Source of the DNA: Deltaproteobacteria bacterium
Lineage (GTDB): Bacteria > Myxococcota_A > Polyangia > Polyangiales > Ga0077539
Direction: 5' to 3'
Length of the DNA stretch: 64,000 nt
Assembly: GCA_947477565.1 (NCBI GenBank)
Contig: CANJUR010000010.1
Location: forward strand, 157 to 64,156
Part shown: positions 10,554 through 21,257 of the stretch, piece by piece
How the letters are laid out: every line of letters starts with the position of its first letter
How positions within the stretch are numbered: the first letter of the stretch is position 1
Program-made: the position numbers and the translations under genes
The notes under the pieces: generated by a model
Database searches by the model: none
Told to the model about the DNA's origin: nothing
The model's input: only the letters and a program-made list of their open reading frames with translations

Positions 10554-12389
10554 ATGCGACAGTGTCCCAAATGCGGTAAGCGGTTCCTCGAAGCCAACGC
10601 GCGAATATGCGACGTGGATGGATCTGTACTCGACCTTCTTGTGGTCGCCTCAGAGCGCGACCGATTGGTGGGGACAACGATCCTTGGTCGGTACGCGGTG
10701 GATGGCGTACTTGGCGACGGCGGCATGGGGGTCGTCTACAGCGCCCGCGACAGCGAGAGCGGCGGCCGCTACGCAGTGAAGGTGCTTCGCGCGGAATACA
10801 GCGACGAGGAAGACCTGGTCGTGCGTTTCGAGCAGGAGGCGCGCGCCGCGGCATCGATCAACAATCCGCACATCGTCGAGATCTACGACTGGGGCTCGCT
10901 GCCGGACAACTCTCGCTTCTTCGTGATGGAATATCTGGAGGGAAGTTCTCTCGGCGACGTGCTCGCGCGAATGCCCAAGTCCGCCGGCAGCGATCGGCGT
11001 CAGCCGATGTCCGAGGCGCTCACAATTCACCTCGCGATTCAGATCTGCGAGGGACTCGGTGTGGCCCACGCGATCGGGATTGTTCATCGTGACATCAAGC
11101 CCGACAACTTCCACATCGTGCGCAAGCCCGACGAACCCTACTTCGTAAAGATCCTCGATTTCGGGATCGCGAAAGTACAGAACTCCAAAGCCGCTCGGAC
11201 CCGCACGGGCTCGGTCTTCGGGACGCCCCACTACATGTCTCCGGAGCAGGCGTCCGGTGACCGAAACATCGATCACAAGACGGACATCTACGGTCTCGGC
11301 GTGCTCATGTATGAGATGGCATCGGGCAAGGTGCCCTTCGACGCCGAAAACCTCATGGGCATCTTGACGGCGCACCTTTACCACACGCCTGTGCACCCCC
11401 GTGTTTATCCGGAGTGCGAGTTGATGACACCGGCCTTCGAGGCGGTGATCTTGAAGTGCCTCGCGAAGACCAAGGAAGCTCGCTACGACTCGCTCGACGA
11501 GGTGCGCGAAGAGCTCGAGCGGGTTCGAGACGGACATTCATCCCTCGCACTCGACGATGCAGATCAGGCCACCGCACAGTTCAGTCGGGGCATGCTCCCT
11601 GGGCTGTTTGCGCCCGACACGTCACGATCGTCATCGATACGGTTGCGCAGTCCGGGGGCGGAGACCGTTCCTCCATCGCTTGAGGGCGACACCCAGGTGC
11701 GGACATCGCCGCTGCTTGAGAACCACTCAACGCCGACCATCGGACCACAGTCTGGCCGCCCGCCTCCCTTCTCCCCGGCGCCTGTCTTGGGTGTCGGTGC
11801 CGCCGCGACTTCCTCGGCCGCTCGGCGTCGCTGGGGCTGGGTGCTGGCGGGTGCCGTCGTCAGCGCGGGCGTGATGCTCGGCGTCGGTGGGTACGCACTC
11901 GTAGGCGGGTCTGCGGCGTCTCCCGATGGCGTATCTCCCGTTGTGGAGCCGTCGCCACTGCCCGCGCTCCCGTCCGCGGCGCCGCCGCTCCCCGACCCGC
12001 TGATTCCTCCGGAGGTGGCTCCCGCGCCGCTTCCTGTTGCGACGGCGATCCAGCTTCGTACGAGCGTCGCTGAGCGCGGCCGCGTACTGCGCGGTCGAGC
12101 TGGCGACGAGGTGGTCGGGGAGATCAACCCGCAGCCTCTCGTGCTGCCCCGTCCACATGGCGAGACGCAGACGTATCGAATCGAAGTTGACGGCTACGAT
12201 CCGCTCGTTGTGGAGCTACGCGAAAGCGATCCCGCCGTGGTGTTGGTAACCCTCATCGAGTCCCAGCATCGCCGTCGACGCCGTGACGCGTCTGATCCTG
12301 CCCCGCACGGGCGGCCGCTTTTGCCTCTGACTCCGTCGGTCACCCCTCCGTCCCATCCCGACGGACTGCGTGACCCGTGGAACAACTGA
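10554..12389 (+). CDS. Ser/Thr protein kinase with N-terminal zinc-ribbon-like CxxC motif
   Basis: Carries the Hanks kinase motifs GxGGMGVVY, VHRDIKPDNF, DFGIAK and GTPHYMSPEQ. The N-terminus reads MRQCPKCGKRF...ICDVDG. The C-terminus has a Pro-rich linker and one TM segment. Confidence 0.9.
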   Translation: MRQCPKCGKRFLEANARICDVDGSVLDLLVVASERDRLVGTTILGRYAVDGVLGDGGMGVVYSARDSESGGRYAVKVLRAEYSDEEDLVVRFEQEARAAASINNPHIVEIYDWGSLPDNSRFFVMEYLEGSSLGDVLARMPKSAGSDRRQPMSEALTIHLAIQICEGLGVAHAIGIVHRDIKPDNFHIVRKPDEPYFVKILDFGIAKVQNSKAARTRTGSVFGTPHYMSPEQASGDRNIDHKTDIYGLGVLMYEMASGKVPFDAENLMGILTAHLYHTPVHPRVYPECELMTPAFEAVILKCLAKTKEARYDSLDEVREELERVRDGHSSLALDDADQATAQFSRGMLPGLFAPDTSRSSSIRLRSPGAETVPPSLEGDTQVRTSPLLENHSTPTIGPQSGRPPPFSPAPVLGVGAAATSSAARRRWGWVLAGAVVSAGVMLGVGGYALVGGSAASPDGVSPVVEPSPLPALPSAAPPLPDPLIPPEVAPAPLPVATAIQLRTSVAERGRVLRGRAGDEVVGEINPQPLVLPRPHGETQTYRIEVDGYDPLVVELRESDPAVVLVTLIESQHRRRRRDASDPAPHGRPLLPLTPSVTPPSHPDGLRDPWNN

Positions 12390-12450
12390 CTCGTCCCTCC
12401 GCACGGCCTCGCTTGAATTCGTGGGTTTGCTCCACTAGCTTGCGCGCCCG

Positions 12451-13857
12451 ATGACCGCCCGCCCACACTGGTTTCCTTCTCCCCGGGCGCTGCGTGCCGC
12501 CTGCCTGGCGCTGGTCGTTGGGAGCCTCGGCTGTCCGGCCAACGAAGGCCTCGACCCCCCGGCGGACTCATTTTTCTATCCTGTCACCCTCGCGGCCTCT
12601 CCGTCGGGCAACTGGCTCTACGTCACGAGCTCCGACTTCGACCTCCGATACAACGGCGGCACCGTTGCACCGATCGATCTCGCGTGTCTCCGCGCCCGCG
12701 TGGAGGATCCCACCCACGCCCACTGCGCCGCGCTGCCAAACGCCCCTGGTATTCGTTGCGTCGGCGACCGCGACCAACCCGGCGGGTTTGTCTGCGAGTC
12801 CCGCGCGTTTGTGCGCGCCGATCAGGTGCGCCGAATCAGTCCGTACGCTGTCGATAGCGCGATCGCGCGGTACCCTGATCGCACCCGGCTCTACGTCGCG
12901 GTGCGGGGCGACGGGTCGGTCACGTGGTTTGACCTTGATGACAACGGCGGCCTCGATTGCGGCGCCGATGGCCCGCTCGCTCGTTGTGGCGACGACCACA
13001 GGGTCGGGGCGGACTCTGCGCAGAGCCCGACCGCCGCTCGCCTCCCGCCCGATCCATCGGCCATCTCGCTAGATCCCGCCCGGGGTTGGGTGCTCGTGAC
13101 CCATCAGAGCAACGACGTCGGCCTCCCACGCGTCTCACTCATTCGCGATGGAGCGGTCGCCGGAGGGGGTGGCGCGCCTGTGCTGCTGAGTACCCTCGGC
13201 AACCTCTCGCCGGGCCTCAGCGGCGCAGCCTTGCTGCCACGGGCTGTTGGCAGCGATGAGCGGTCTACGTGGGTGGTGACCAGCCGCTCCGAAGCGTCGC
13301 TTTCCTTCTTTCAGGCATACCCAGGTAACGCCGAGTTGCGCGACGCCAAACCCTTCCTCTATCGCAGCGCGATCGTTGGGGTGCGCGGCCTCTCCGGCGG
13401 GGGCAACAACCGCGCGATCGCGCTCGACCCGGATGCCTCTCGGCACCGCGCATTCGTGGTCTCTCGCGCACCTGAGGCGCTGCTCTCGGTGACTCTCGAC
13501 CCGGCCAATCCGATGGCGGCGGTCGTCGCGGACGTGCTCCCGGTGCCCCTCGGCCCGTCGCGCCTCGTGGTGCGCTCGGTGGCGGGCCACACGCAGGTGC
13601 TGGTCGTGTCCTTCGACGCGCGGCGCATCACCGTGATCGACCCTGACGAGCGTCGTGTCATTGGTCAGGTGGTCACCCGCCGTGGGCCACACCAGGCGCT
13701 GCTCGATCCGGGACCCACTCAGCCCTTCCTCTACTTGGTCGATTTCCTCGATGGCGCCCTCGAGGTCATCGACCTCCGCCTGCCGGTCGATCCCGCGTCG
13801 CCCGGTACCTACCTGCGTCGCGTGCTCACCCTCGCTCCGCAACTTCCGCAGGAGTAA
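12451..13857 (+). CDS. lipoprotein with beta-propeller-like repeats, function unknown
   Basis: 468 aa with a lipobox (LVVGSLGC). Repeated 'LYVT/LYVAV/VLVTHQ/AFVVSR/LYLVD'-type strands resemble YVTN/NHL-type propeller blades. Confidence 0.6.
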   Translation: MTARPHWFPSPRALRAACLALVVGSLGCPANEGLDPPADSFFYPVTLAASPSGNWLYVTSSDFDLRYNGGTVAPIDLACLRARVEDPTHAHCAALPNAPGIRCVGDRDQPGGFVCESRAFVRADQVRRISPYAVDSAIARYPDRTRLYVAVRGDGSVTWFDLDDNGGLDCGADGPLARCGDDHRVGADSAQSPTAARLPPDPSAISLDPARGWVLVTHQSNDVGLPRVSLIRDGAVAGGGGAPVLLSTLGNLSPGLSGAALLPRAVGSDERSTWVVTSRSEASLSFFQAYPGNAELRDAKPFLYRSAIVGVRGLSGGGNNRAIALDPDASRHRAFVVSRAPEALLSVTLDPANPMAAVVADVLPVPLGPSRLVVRSVAGHTQVLVVSFDARRITVIDPDERRVIGQVVTRRGPHQALLDPGPTQPFLYLVDFLDGALEVIDLRLPVDPASPGTYLRRVLTLAPQLPQE

Positions 13858-13863
13858 CGCCCG

Positions 13864-16368
13864 TTGCGACCTTTCTTCCTTCGCTCCGCAGCGTTTGTGG
13901 GCGCCGCGCTCGTGGCGGCCTGCAGCACTACCCCCGCGATTAGCAATACCAACAATATCGTCCGCGCGACGGACGTCGAGTTGATATGCCTTGAGGTCGT
14001 CGGCTCCGTGGTCACGCCGCACCCGACCACCCGATGCACACTTTCGGACACCGACAACGGGCCCGGGGCAAACACCAACTTCCACCTGCACGCCGTCGTG
14101 CCCCAGTTCGATCGCGGCGAACTTGCGGTGATCGACCTAGCCACGACTGCGGGCGTCGCGCTCGTGGACAACAGCCCCGCCGTTCCGGGCTACAACTTCC
14201 TGCCTGTTGGGGAATTTCCGGTCGCGATCACTTCCGACATCGCTGAGGGCAGCGGCTACATCTACGTCGCAAGCGGTCGCAGTGAGCGGGTGCTTCGCAT
14301 CGATGCCGCAGCGCTGCGGGCTGATCCTCGCAACGCCGACTTTGCCGCCCACCGGGTGGAGTTTGCCGTCGGCGGTCTGCCGCGTGATCTAGCGCTGGTT
14401 CGATCCAACGGACGTCGCATGCTCGTCGCGACGCTCCCGGAGTCCCGAGCGATTTCGATTGTTGATGTCACCGACCCCGATGCCCCAGGCACCCCGCGCA
14501 TCCTGACTCTCCGCGGCCTAGTGCTCGTCGGCGACGCCGGCGTGTCGGATGCTGGAACCATTCAACTCCCGCACCCGGTCGCCCTCGCCGCCGACGAGGA
14601 GAGCGGTCGCATTTACGTCACCGACGATGCAATCGATGGGGTTCACGTGATCGACCTCGCGACGCAAACCGAACTCGACGCGTTGGCTGTGGGAGAGCGC
14701 ACCCGCGTCGCGGCCGTCACGGGCCTTGCGCGCAGTCGTCGCTATCAGTGCGACCCCGCGCTCGACGCCGATCACTGCACGCGCACCCGCTACCTGTATC
14801 TGACCACCGCCGATGACGGTGCGGTCATCGTCTGGGATCTCACCCGCGGCGTGCGGGTCCGGCCCAATGTACTGCCGCAGCCCAACGTTCGCGGGAGCCG
14901 CGTCGAGCCGAGTATCGCGCCCGATCGTGTCGCTTTACTCGTCCCAGCGACCGCGCTTATCGCGATCAACACGAGCGCCTACGATCCGATGGCCCGCGAC
15001 ATCCCGGTGGCAGCCCCCACGGATGCGACCACCTGTAGCCAGGGTTACACCCCAGCAGCGACAGGCATCTTCAGTGGCGTCTTCGTGGGCGTCGTGCTGC
15101 GCAACGGCCAACTCACCGTGATCGACGTAGACGATTACAGCGTCGATACCTGGGAGGCGCAGTGCCAGACTGGGGCGGGGAGCACCCCGAATGGTCCATA
15201 CCGGTTCGTGCGCCACGCGCCACACGCTCGGACGCAACTTAGCCTGGCGCCTGCGCTCAGCGGAGCGCCGCAGACCTCTGCCCTCCTGCGGGGCAGCACT
15301 CGAGGCCAGGCGCTCGAAGGGGCCGCTGCGCCGGTGCTTGTTTGCGGTGCCGCTCGCTCGCGCGAAGGGACGCCGGCGTGCAACGACGCCAACAGCTATG
15401 GAGTGATCTTGCCGCGGCGGCAGATCGGCACCACCAGCACGGGCCCCGTGTACGGACCGTCGGACCCATTCACGTCTCGCAACGAGGCCTGGTCGTTCGC
15501 CTTCGAGGCCATCCTGCCGGGGCTGGACCAGACCGGTGGGGCGCTCACCGTGGATTCAACCGGCGGGCTCGTCCTCGAGGCGCCAGGAGGGCTTTTCTGT
15601 ACCCGTGGCGCGCTCGCCGTCGAAGGGAGGGCGCGTGACCTGCTTAGCATCGTGAGCGATCCCACCCCGCTGACTGTCGATCGTGGCCTTTGCGCGCAGA
15701 CCTTCGGCGCGGGCACGGCACCCCTCAATCGCGACCTCGTTATCGATCGCGCCTTCGAGGATCGGCTTGCGCTTCGCGTGGGTGCGGAGGTCGGTGACGT
15801 CGCGACGGTATTGCGATGCTATCCGCAGGCGATTCGTTTTCAGGTGCGGACGAGGCAACAGTGGCTCGCGCTGGGGAGTCGCTCTGGTTACCTGCACGCC
15901 GTGCGCGCAGGCGCCGGACGAGAGTGCGAACTCGACCCGATCAAGCAGGCGGAGGTGGTCTCTTTTGCTGAGCGATGTCTCCTCGACCGAGGAGTCACCG
16001 CGGCGCAGCTACCCAGTCTCGTTTCTCAGATGTGTCCTGCTGGGCGCGCGTGCACGGGAGTCGTCGTCGCGGGCGTTGCCCAGCGCGACTTCGCGCCGGT
16101 TTTCGCCAATCCATACCTCTGCACACAGATCTTCCCAGCGCTGCTGCAGCAGGAAGCCCAGGTCGTCGCGGCGCCGGTCGATCGCGACACGCAGATCACG
16201 TTCTCTTTGATCAATGCCTGGGACGCGTTTCGGATCGACACCGGCGCGTTGCCCGTCGCCATCCGTCACCTGCCCGGCGTCGATCGGATCTACGTCGTAG
16301 ATGCGGCGCAGAACGGCCTGATGGAGTTTCGCTTCAACCCCTTCTCGCCGGGGCGAATCTTCAACTGA
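13864..16368 (+). CDS. large lipoprotein with beta-propeller-like repeats, function unknown
   Basis: 834 aa from a TTG start, with a lipobox (AALVAAC). Repeats such as YIYVASGRSERVLRID, RMLVATLPESRAISIVD, RIYVTDDAIDGVHVIDL and YLYLTTADDGAVIVWDL. Starts 7 nt after the previous gene. Confidence 0.6.
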   Translation: MRPFFLRSAAFVGAALVAACSTTPAISNTNNIVRATDVELICLEVVGSVVTPHPTTRCTLSDTDNGPGANTNFHLHAVVPQFDRGELAVIDLATTAGVALVDNSPAVPGYNFLPVGEFPVAITSDIAEGSGYIYVASGRSERVLRIDAAALRADPRNADFAAHRVEFAVGGLPRDLALVRSNGRRMLVATLPESRAISIVDVTDPDAPGTPRILTLRGLVLVGDAGVSDAGTIQLPHPVALAADEESGRIYVTDDAIDGVHVIDLATQTELDALAVGERTRVAAVTGLARSRRYQCDPALDADHCTRTRYLYLTTADDGAVIVWDLTRGVRVRPNVLPQPNVRGSRVEPSIAPDRVALLVPATALIAINTSAYDPMARDIPVAAPTDATTCSQGYTPAATGIFSGVFVGVVLRNGQLTVIDVDDYSVDTWEAQCQTGAGSTPNGPYRFVRHAPHARTQLSLAPALSGAPQTSALLRGSTRGQALEGAAAPVLVCGAARSREGTPACNDANSYGVILPRRQIGTTSTGPVYGPSDPFTSRNEAWSFAFEAILPGLDQTGGALTVDSTGGLVLEAPGGLFCTRGALAVEGRARDLLSIVSDPTPLTVDRGLCAQTFGAGTAPLNRDLVIDRAFEDRLALRVGAEVGDVATVLRCYPQAIRFQVRTRQQWLALGSRSGYLHAVRAGAGRECELDPIKQAEVVSFAERCLLDRGVTAAQLPSLVSQMCPAGRACTGVVVAGVAQRDFAPVFANPYLCTQIFPALLQQEAQVVAAPVDRDTQITFSLINAWDAFRIDTGALPVAIRHLPGVDRIYVVDAAQNGLMEFRFNPFSPGRIFN

Positions 16369-16454
16369 TTGATAGAGTGTCGGGGAGGGGTTACTGAGCG
16401 ACCCCCGTGGATAGTTGGGGGGGCACCGAAGAGGCGAAGGTCAGGGCCGATCGA

Positions 16455-16712
16455 TCAGCGATCGACCCTCTTGATCTCTTCGTCCAGGATGCCGAAAACG
16501 TAGCCGTAGCTGACAAACGGCGGCGTCTCCTTGATGGTCACTGCCAGGGTCTGAGCCTTCTCGTCATATTCGCAGTCGGCCACCACGCCGCGGCCGCGGA
16601 TCGTGGACTTGTCGCTCGACGGAGGGACGAGTCCCTTGCTCCGAAGATTGGACTTCAGAACATCGAGTTCCGCACGCGTGATTTTTTCCCAGGTCTTCTG
16701 ATTCGCAGGCAT
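16455..16712 (-). CDS. small hypothetical protein (85 aa)
   Basis: An internal ATG at 16712 is preceded by GAGGGA 7 nt upstream. The region has locally lower GC. I recognise no motif. Confidence 0.45.
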   Translation of the reverse strand: MPANQKTWEKITRAELDVLKSNLRSKGLVPPSSDKSTIRGRGVVADCEYDEKAQTLAVTIKETPPFVSYGYVFGILDEEIKRVDR

Positions 16713-16802
16713 TGGCAAGTCCCTCGTGTTGGCGATCCGAAAGCACTCTAACACAGCGGTTACGAGCACAAGATTGGCCCGCAGGAATTATCACGGAGGG
16801 TC

Positions 16803-19058
16803 TCAGCCGCGCGCGAGAGTGCTCCGGCCGGCGGTGTTTTGGACGGGCCAGCGCTGCGCGTCCCAGCCCTGAGCAGCGGCGGCGCGCAGGGTCCAGAATG
16901 GGTCGGCGAGGTGCGGTCGCGCCAGCACGCAGAGGTCCGCGCGACCCGATGCCAGAATGCTGTTCACCTGGTCTGCGCTCTGGATGTTTCCCACTGCCAT
17001 CGTAGCGATTCCGACCTCGTTGCGCACCAGATCGCTCCACGGCGTCTGGTACATCCGACCGAATATCGGCTTCGCGTCAGGGACGGTCTGCCCGCTCGAC
17101 ACGTCGATGATGTCGCAGCCGCGCGCCTTCAACATCGCCGCGAGCGCACGCAGGTCATCGTCGGTGACGCCGTGCGGGTGCCAGTCCGTCGCCGAGACCC
17201 GCACGCTCATCGGCCGCTCCGCAGGCCAGATTGCCCGCACGGCGTCGAACACCTCCAGCGGGAAGCGTGCCCGTGCCGCGAGCCCGCCGCCGTATTCGTC
17301 GGTGCGAAGGTTCGTCAGCGGCGAGAGGAAGGTCGCCAGGAGGTAGCCATGAGCCATGTGCAACTCGATGAGATCGAAGCCCGCGGCGATCGCGCGGTGG
17401 GTCGCGGCGACGTACTGAGCCAGCACGCGGTCCATGTCGGCGCGGTCCATCGGTCGGGGAGTCTGAGAGTGCGGGAGGTACGGCAGGGCGCTCGGCGCCA
17501 GAAGCTCCCACGCTCCCTCCGCGAGCGGCTCGTCGATACCCTCCCACATCAACCGCGTCGCACCCTTGCGACCCGCGTGACCGAGTTGGAGCCCGACGCG
17601 GGCGTCGCTCTGCGCATGGGCAAAGTCCACGATGCGCTTCCACGCCGTGGTGTGTTCGTCGGTGTAGATGCCGGCGCAGCCAAGGGTGATTCGTGCGTCG
17701 GCGGAGACGTTCGTCATCTCGGTCATCACGAGCCCCGCCCCGCCCTGCGCGAGTGCGCCGTAGTGCACCAGGTGAAAGTCGTCGGGCACTCCGTCCGTCG
17801 CGGAATACATGCACATCGGCGAGACGACGACCCGGTTGGCTAGCGTTGTTCCGCGCAGCGAGAACGGGGTGAACATCGGAGGCGGCGGGGCCTCGCCCAG
17901 GGAGACGGTGACGCCCGCGGCAGCGGCAAATCGGCGCGCGACGTCGTCGGCGAAGGCGGGGTCGCGTTTGCCGAGGCTCTCGAAGGTGATGCGCTTCGAG
18001 CGCGTGAGCAGGCTGAACGCGAACTGCCACGGCGGCAGCTCCCGGTACCGGCGCGCTTGCTCGAACCACACGAGCGAGTCTTGCGCGGCCTTCTGCGTTC
18101 GCTCTACGACCGGACGGCGCGCTGCCTCGTAGCGGTCGAGAACTGCATCAAGATTACCTCCATGGGTAAAGCTGTCCGCCAGGGCGATGGCGTCTTCCAG
18201 GGCGAGCTTGGTGCCCGAGCCGATGGAGAAATGTGCCGTGTGCGCTGCGTCCCCGAGGAGCACCACGTTGCCGTGGTGCCACCGCTCGTTGCGCACGGTC
18301 ACGAACTGAATCCACTGCGATCGGTTGACCAGCAGCGGTTGGCCGTCGAGCCACGGTGCGAAGAGATTCTCAAGGTACGCGACGGTCTCCTCGATGGGCG
18401 CGTCGGCGAGCCCGCTGCGCGCGAAGGTCTCTTCGTCGCACTCGGCGATGAACGTGCTCATGCGCTCGTCGAAGCGATATGCGTGGGCCTGAAACATCCC
18501 CGCGGCGGTCTCCGCGAAAGCGAACGTAAAGGCGTCGAAGAGCTTCGGAGTGCCGAGCCACAGGTAGCGGCACTTTCGGACATCGAAGGTCGGGCGAAAC
18601 TCCTCGCGCCAGGTGGTGCGCACCAACGAACGGAGGCCGTCAGCGCCCAACAGCAGGTCGCACTGCCCGGCGAGTTCGCGCACCCGCGCTGGGTCCGCGA
18701 TGTCGACGCCATGCTCGATCTTCACGCCAAGTTCGAGCGCGCGGGCCCCAAGGATTTCCAGCAGGTGCCGTCGCGCGATGCCCGAGAATCCGTGACCCGC
18801 CGAGCGGGATGTCTCGTCGCGGAAGTGCACATCGATGGCGTCCCAGTGCGCGAAGCTCGAAGTGATCTTCAGGTGCGTCGGCGGATCGGCGCCGAGCAGG
18901 TGCGCGAGCGTCTCGTCGGAGAAGACGACGCCCCAACCGAAGGTGTCCCCCGCGGCGTTGCGCTCGAGCAGCGTGATGTCCCAGGAGGGAAACCGCTGTC
19001 GCGCCAGGATGCTGAAGTAGAGGGATGCGGGGCCTGCGCCGATGCTGATGATCTTCAC
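16803..19058 (-). CDS. bifunctional flavoprotein: FAD-dependent aromatic hydroxylase fused to Old-Yellow-Enzyme-type NADH:flavin oxidoreductase (salicylyl-CoA 5-hydroxylase-like)
   Basis: 751 aa. The N-terminus has [16 protein letters not shown] (a GxGxxG FAD fold) and [22 protein letters not shown]. The C-terminal half ([25 protein letters not shown]) is OYE-like. The fusion matches the family usually annotated as salicylyl-CoA 5-hydroxylase/oxidoreductase. Confidence 0.8.
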   Translation of the reverse strand: MKIISIGAGPASLYFSILARQRFPSWDITLLERNAAGDTFGWGVVFSDETLAHLLGADPPTHLKITSSFAHWDAIDVHFRDETSRSAGHGFSGIARRHLLEILGARALELGVKIEHGVDIADPARVRELAGQCDLLLGADGLRSLVRTTWREEFRPTFDVRKCRYLWLGTPKLFDAFTFAFAETAAGMFQAHAYRFDERMSTFIAECDEETFARSGLADAPIEETVAYLENLFAPWLDGQPLLVNRSQWIQFVTVRNERWHHGNVVLLGDAAHTAHFSIGSGTKLALEDAIALADSFTHGGNLDAVLDRYEAARRPVVERTQKAAQDSLVWFEQARRYRELPPWQFAFSLLTRSKRITFESLGKRDPAFADDVARRFAAAAGVTVSLGEAPPPPMFTPFSLRGTTLANRVVVSPMCMYSATDGVPDDFHLVHYGALAQGGAGLVMTEMTNVSADARITLGCAGIYTDEHTTAWKRIVDFAHAQSDARVGLQLGHAGRKGATRLMWEGIDEPLAEGAWELLAPSALPYLPHSQTPRPMDRADMDRVLAQYVAATHRAIAAGFDLIELHMAHGYLLATFLSPLTNLRTDEYGGGLAARARFPLEVFDAVRAIWPAERPMSVRVSATDWHPHGVTDDDLRALAAMLKARGCDIIDVSSGQTVPDAKPIFGRMYQTPWSDLVRNEVGIATMAVGNIQSADQVNSILASGRADLCVLARPHLADPFWTLRAAAAQGWDAQRWPVQNTAGRSTLARG

Positions 19059-19090
19059 GGGGGCGGAGCGTACCGCTATCGTCCGCTGCC

Positions 19091-19870
19091 ATGAAGATCG
19101 TGAGTTGGAACGTCAACGGGTTCCGCGCGTCGCTAAAGACGGGCTTCCTGGATTGGTTCGAGGCGACGAGCCCGGACGTACTTTCGCTTCAAGAAGTACG
19201 CGTGGAGTGGGAGGAACTCGACCTCGCCACGCGTGACGAGCTCACCCGCAAGCACGACGTCTGCTGGTTTCCTGCGAGGTCGAAGAAGGGCTACTCCGGC
19301 TCCGCGACGCTTACGCGCAAGGGCCTCGGGTTCAAGCACACGAAGGGCATCGGTGCGGAGGCTTATGACGTCGAAGGGCGGCTGATCGTAAGCGAGGGAC
19401 CGGGCTTCACATTCATCGCGGGGTACTTCCCCAACGCCTCGACCGGCCTCGCGCGCCTCCCCTACAAGCGGGCCTTCGCGCAGGACCTCGCAAAGGTTCT
19501 AAAGGAGCGGGCCGGCCGCGGCGAGAACCTCGTCGTCGTGGGCGACCTCAACGTGGCGCCGGAGGACATCGACCTCGCAAACCCGAAGACCAACCGGAGC
19601 AATCCAGGGTTCACCGACGAAGAGCGTGAGGACTTCCGGGGCTACCTCGCGGCGGGCATGCGAGACGTATTTCGAGAGCGGCACCCGGACGAAAAAGGGC
19701 TCTACACGTGGTGGACGCAGCGCGGGGCAGCGCGCGCCAAAAACGTCGGCTGGCGCATCGATATCTTCCTCGTGAGTGAAGGGCTCGTGGAGCGGGTCAC
19801 GGACGCGCAGATTCATCCTGATCAGCGCGGGAGCGATCATTGTCCGGTGTCCCTTGAGCTTGCACCGTGA
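19091..19870 (+). CDS. xth: exodeoxyribonuclease III
   Basis: 259 aa with [29 protein letters not shown] and [11 protein letters not shown]. Confidence 0.9.
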   Translation: MKIVSWNVNGFRASLKTGFLDWFEATSPDVLSLQEVRVEWEELDLATRDELTRKHDVCWFPARSKKGYSGSATLTRKGLGFKHTKGIGAEAYDVEGRLIVSEGPGFTFIAGYFPNASTGLARLPYKRAFAQDLAKVLKERAGRGENLVVVGDLNVAPEDIDLANPKTNRSNPGFTDEEREDFRGYLAAGMRDVFRERHPDEKGLYTWWTQRGAARAKNVGWRIDIFLVSEGLVERVTDAQIHPDQRGSDHCPVSLELAP

Positions 19871-21231
19871 GCGTGAGCGCCTATCACCTTGAGCCAGGTT
19901 GCCTCGTCGCGGAGCGGTACCGGGTCGAGCGCAAGCTCTCACAAGGTGGAATGGGGGCGATCTACGTCGCGATGCATGAGGGCACCGGGCGGCGGATGGC
20001 CCTCAAGGTGATGCATCCGCGCTACGTGGCCGACGCCAAGAGCCGCGAGCGCTTTGCCCAGGAGGCCCGCCTCGGAGCGATGATCGCGAGCGACCACGTC
20101 GTGGAGGTCTACGACGCGGGCATCGATGACGAACGGGCGATTCCGTATCTGGCGATGGAGCTTCTGGAGGGCGAGACCGTCGCCGCGCGCCTGTCGCGGG
20201 TGGGGCGGGGAGGGGGGCTCTCGCTGGCGGAGGTCCATGAGGTACTGCGCCAACTGTGCATTGCGTTGGCCGCGGCGCACGCGCGCAACGTCGTACACCG
20301 CGACCTCAAGCCGGAGAACCTCTTCCTCGTGCCGCTGGACACTACGCCCTTCGGTTTCACGCTCAAAGTGCTCGATTTCGGCATCGCGAAGCTGCTCGAC
20401 CCCGCGCGCGCATCGCAGAACGTCACCACCGCGATCGGAACGCCCCTCTGGATGGCCCCAGAGCAGAACACCACCGCCGAACTCACCCCCGCGACGGATG
20501 TCTGGGCCGTCGGGCTGATCGCGTTTCGCTTGCTCACCGGGCGCTTCTATTGGCGTGGGGCGAACGGGCGAGAACTCGACATGGCGATGCTTCTCGACGA
20601 ACTGGTGCGCGACCGACTCCCGCCCGCCTCCGAGCGGGCGAACGAATTCGGAGTCGCAGACGATCTCCCGGGCGCCCTCGATCCGTGGTTCATGCGCTGC
20701 ATCGCGCGAGATCCTGGGTCGCGCTACCAGGACGGCGCCGAGGTCGCGCAAGCGCTCGCCGCGATCTTTACGCCGCTTCTCCAGCGGCCGTCGCTGCCGC
20801 CGACGCAACCCGCCCTCGCCGAGTCGAGCCTCGAGAGAACCGTCCCGCTTGCGCGCACGCCTCTCCCGCCACTGGGACCGCTCTCCACGCAGGACCTCTC
20901 GGAGGCCCCGCGTTCGCCGCTCACACCCACGACGATCACCGGCCATCCCGCCGTGCCGTACCCCTTCTCGACCGGTGGCGCGACGGGCGCGATCGTGACC
21001 CGACCGCGCTTATGGACCGCCGCTGCGCCCGCGTTGATCATCTTCATTGCGCTATTCATCCTCGCTGCGTGGCAGGGCGTTTTCGATCGGCAACCCCCTC
21101 AGCCTTCTCCGCGCGCCACTGCTGCTGCGGTGCCGTTTGTAGTGCCGTCTTCGCCCGTGATCGCTGTGCCTTTCCAGTCGGATGTGCCGGCACCGCGCGG
21201 CGTCAACCGCAAGGGCGAGAGCGACGAATAG
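19867..21231 (+). CDS. Ser/Thr protein kinase, membrane-anchored
   Basis: Carries VHRDLKPENLF, DFGIAKL and GTPLWMAPEQ. The tail is Pro-rich with one TM segment (LIIFIALFILAAW). Its GTG start overlaps the xth stop (GTGA). Confidence 0.9.
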   Translation: MSVSAYHLEPGCLVAERYRVERKLSQGGMGAIYVAMHEGTGRRMALKVMHPRYVADAKSRERFAQEARLGAMIASDHVVEVYDAGIDDERAIPYLAMELLEGETVAARLSRVGRGGGLSLAEVHEVLRQLCIALAAAHARNVVHRDLKPENLFLVPLDTTPFGFTLKVLDFGIAKLLDPARASQNVTTAIGTPLWMAPEQNTTAELTPATDVWAVGLIAFRLLTGRFYWRGANGRELDMAMLLDELVRDRLPPASERANEFGVADDLPGALDPWFMRCIARDPGSRYQDGAEVAQALAAIFTPLLQRPSLPPTQPALAESSLERTVPLARTPLPPLGPLSTQDLSEAPRSPLTPTTITGHPAVPYPFSTGGATGAIVTRPRLWTAAAPALIIFIALFILAAWQGVFDRQPPQPSPRATAAAVPFVVPSSPVIAVPFQSDVPAPRGVNRKGESDE

Positions 21232-21257
21232 GCTCCCACGGCGCTAACGTGACCGCC

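Noticed and set aside
16381-16407. GGGGT-N9-ACCCC hairpin between the convergent genes at 16368 and 16455.
   Set aside because: The stem is short with no U-run on either side, so it is not reported as a terminator.
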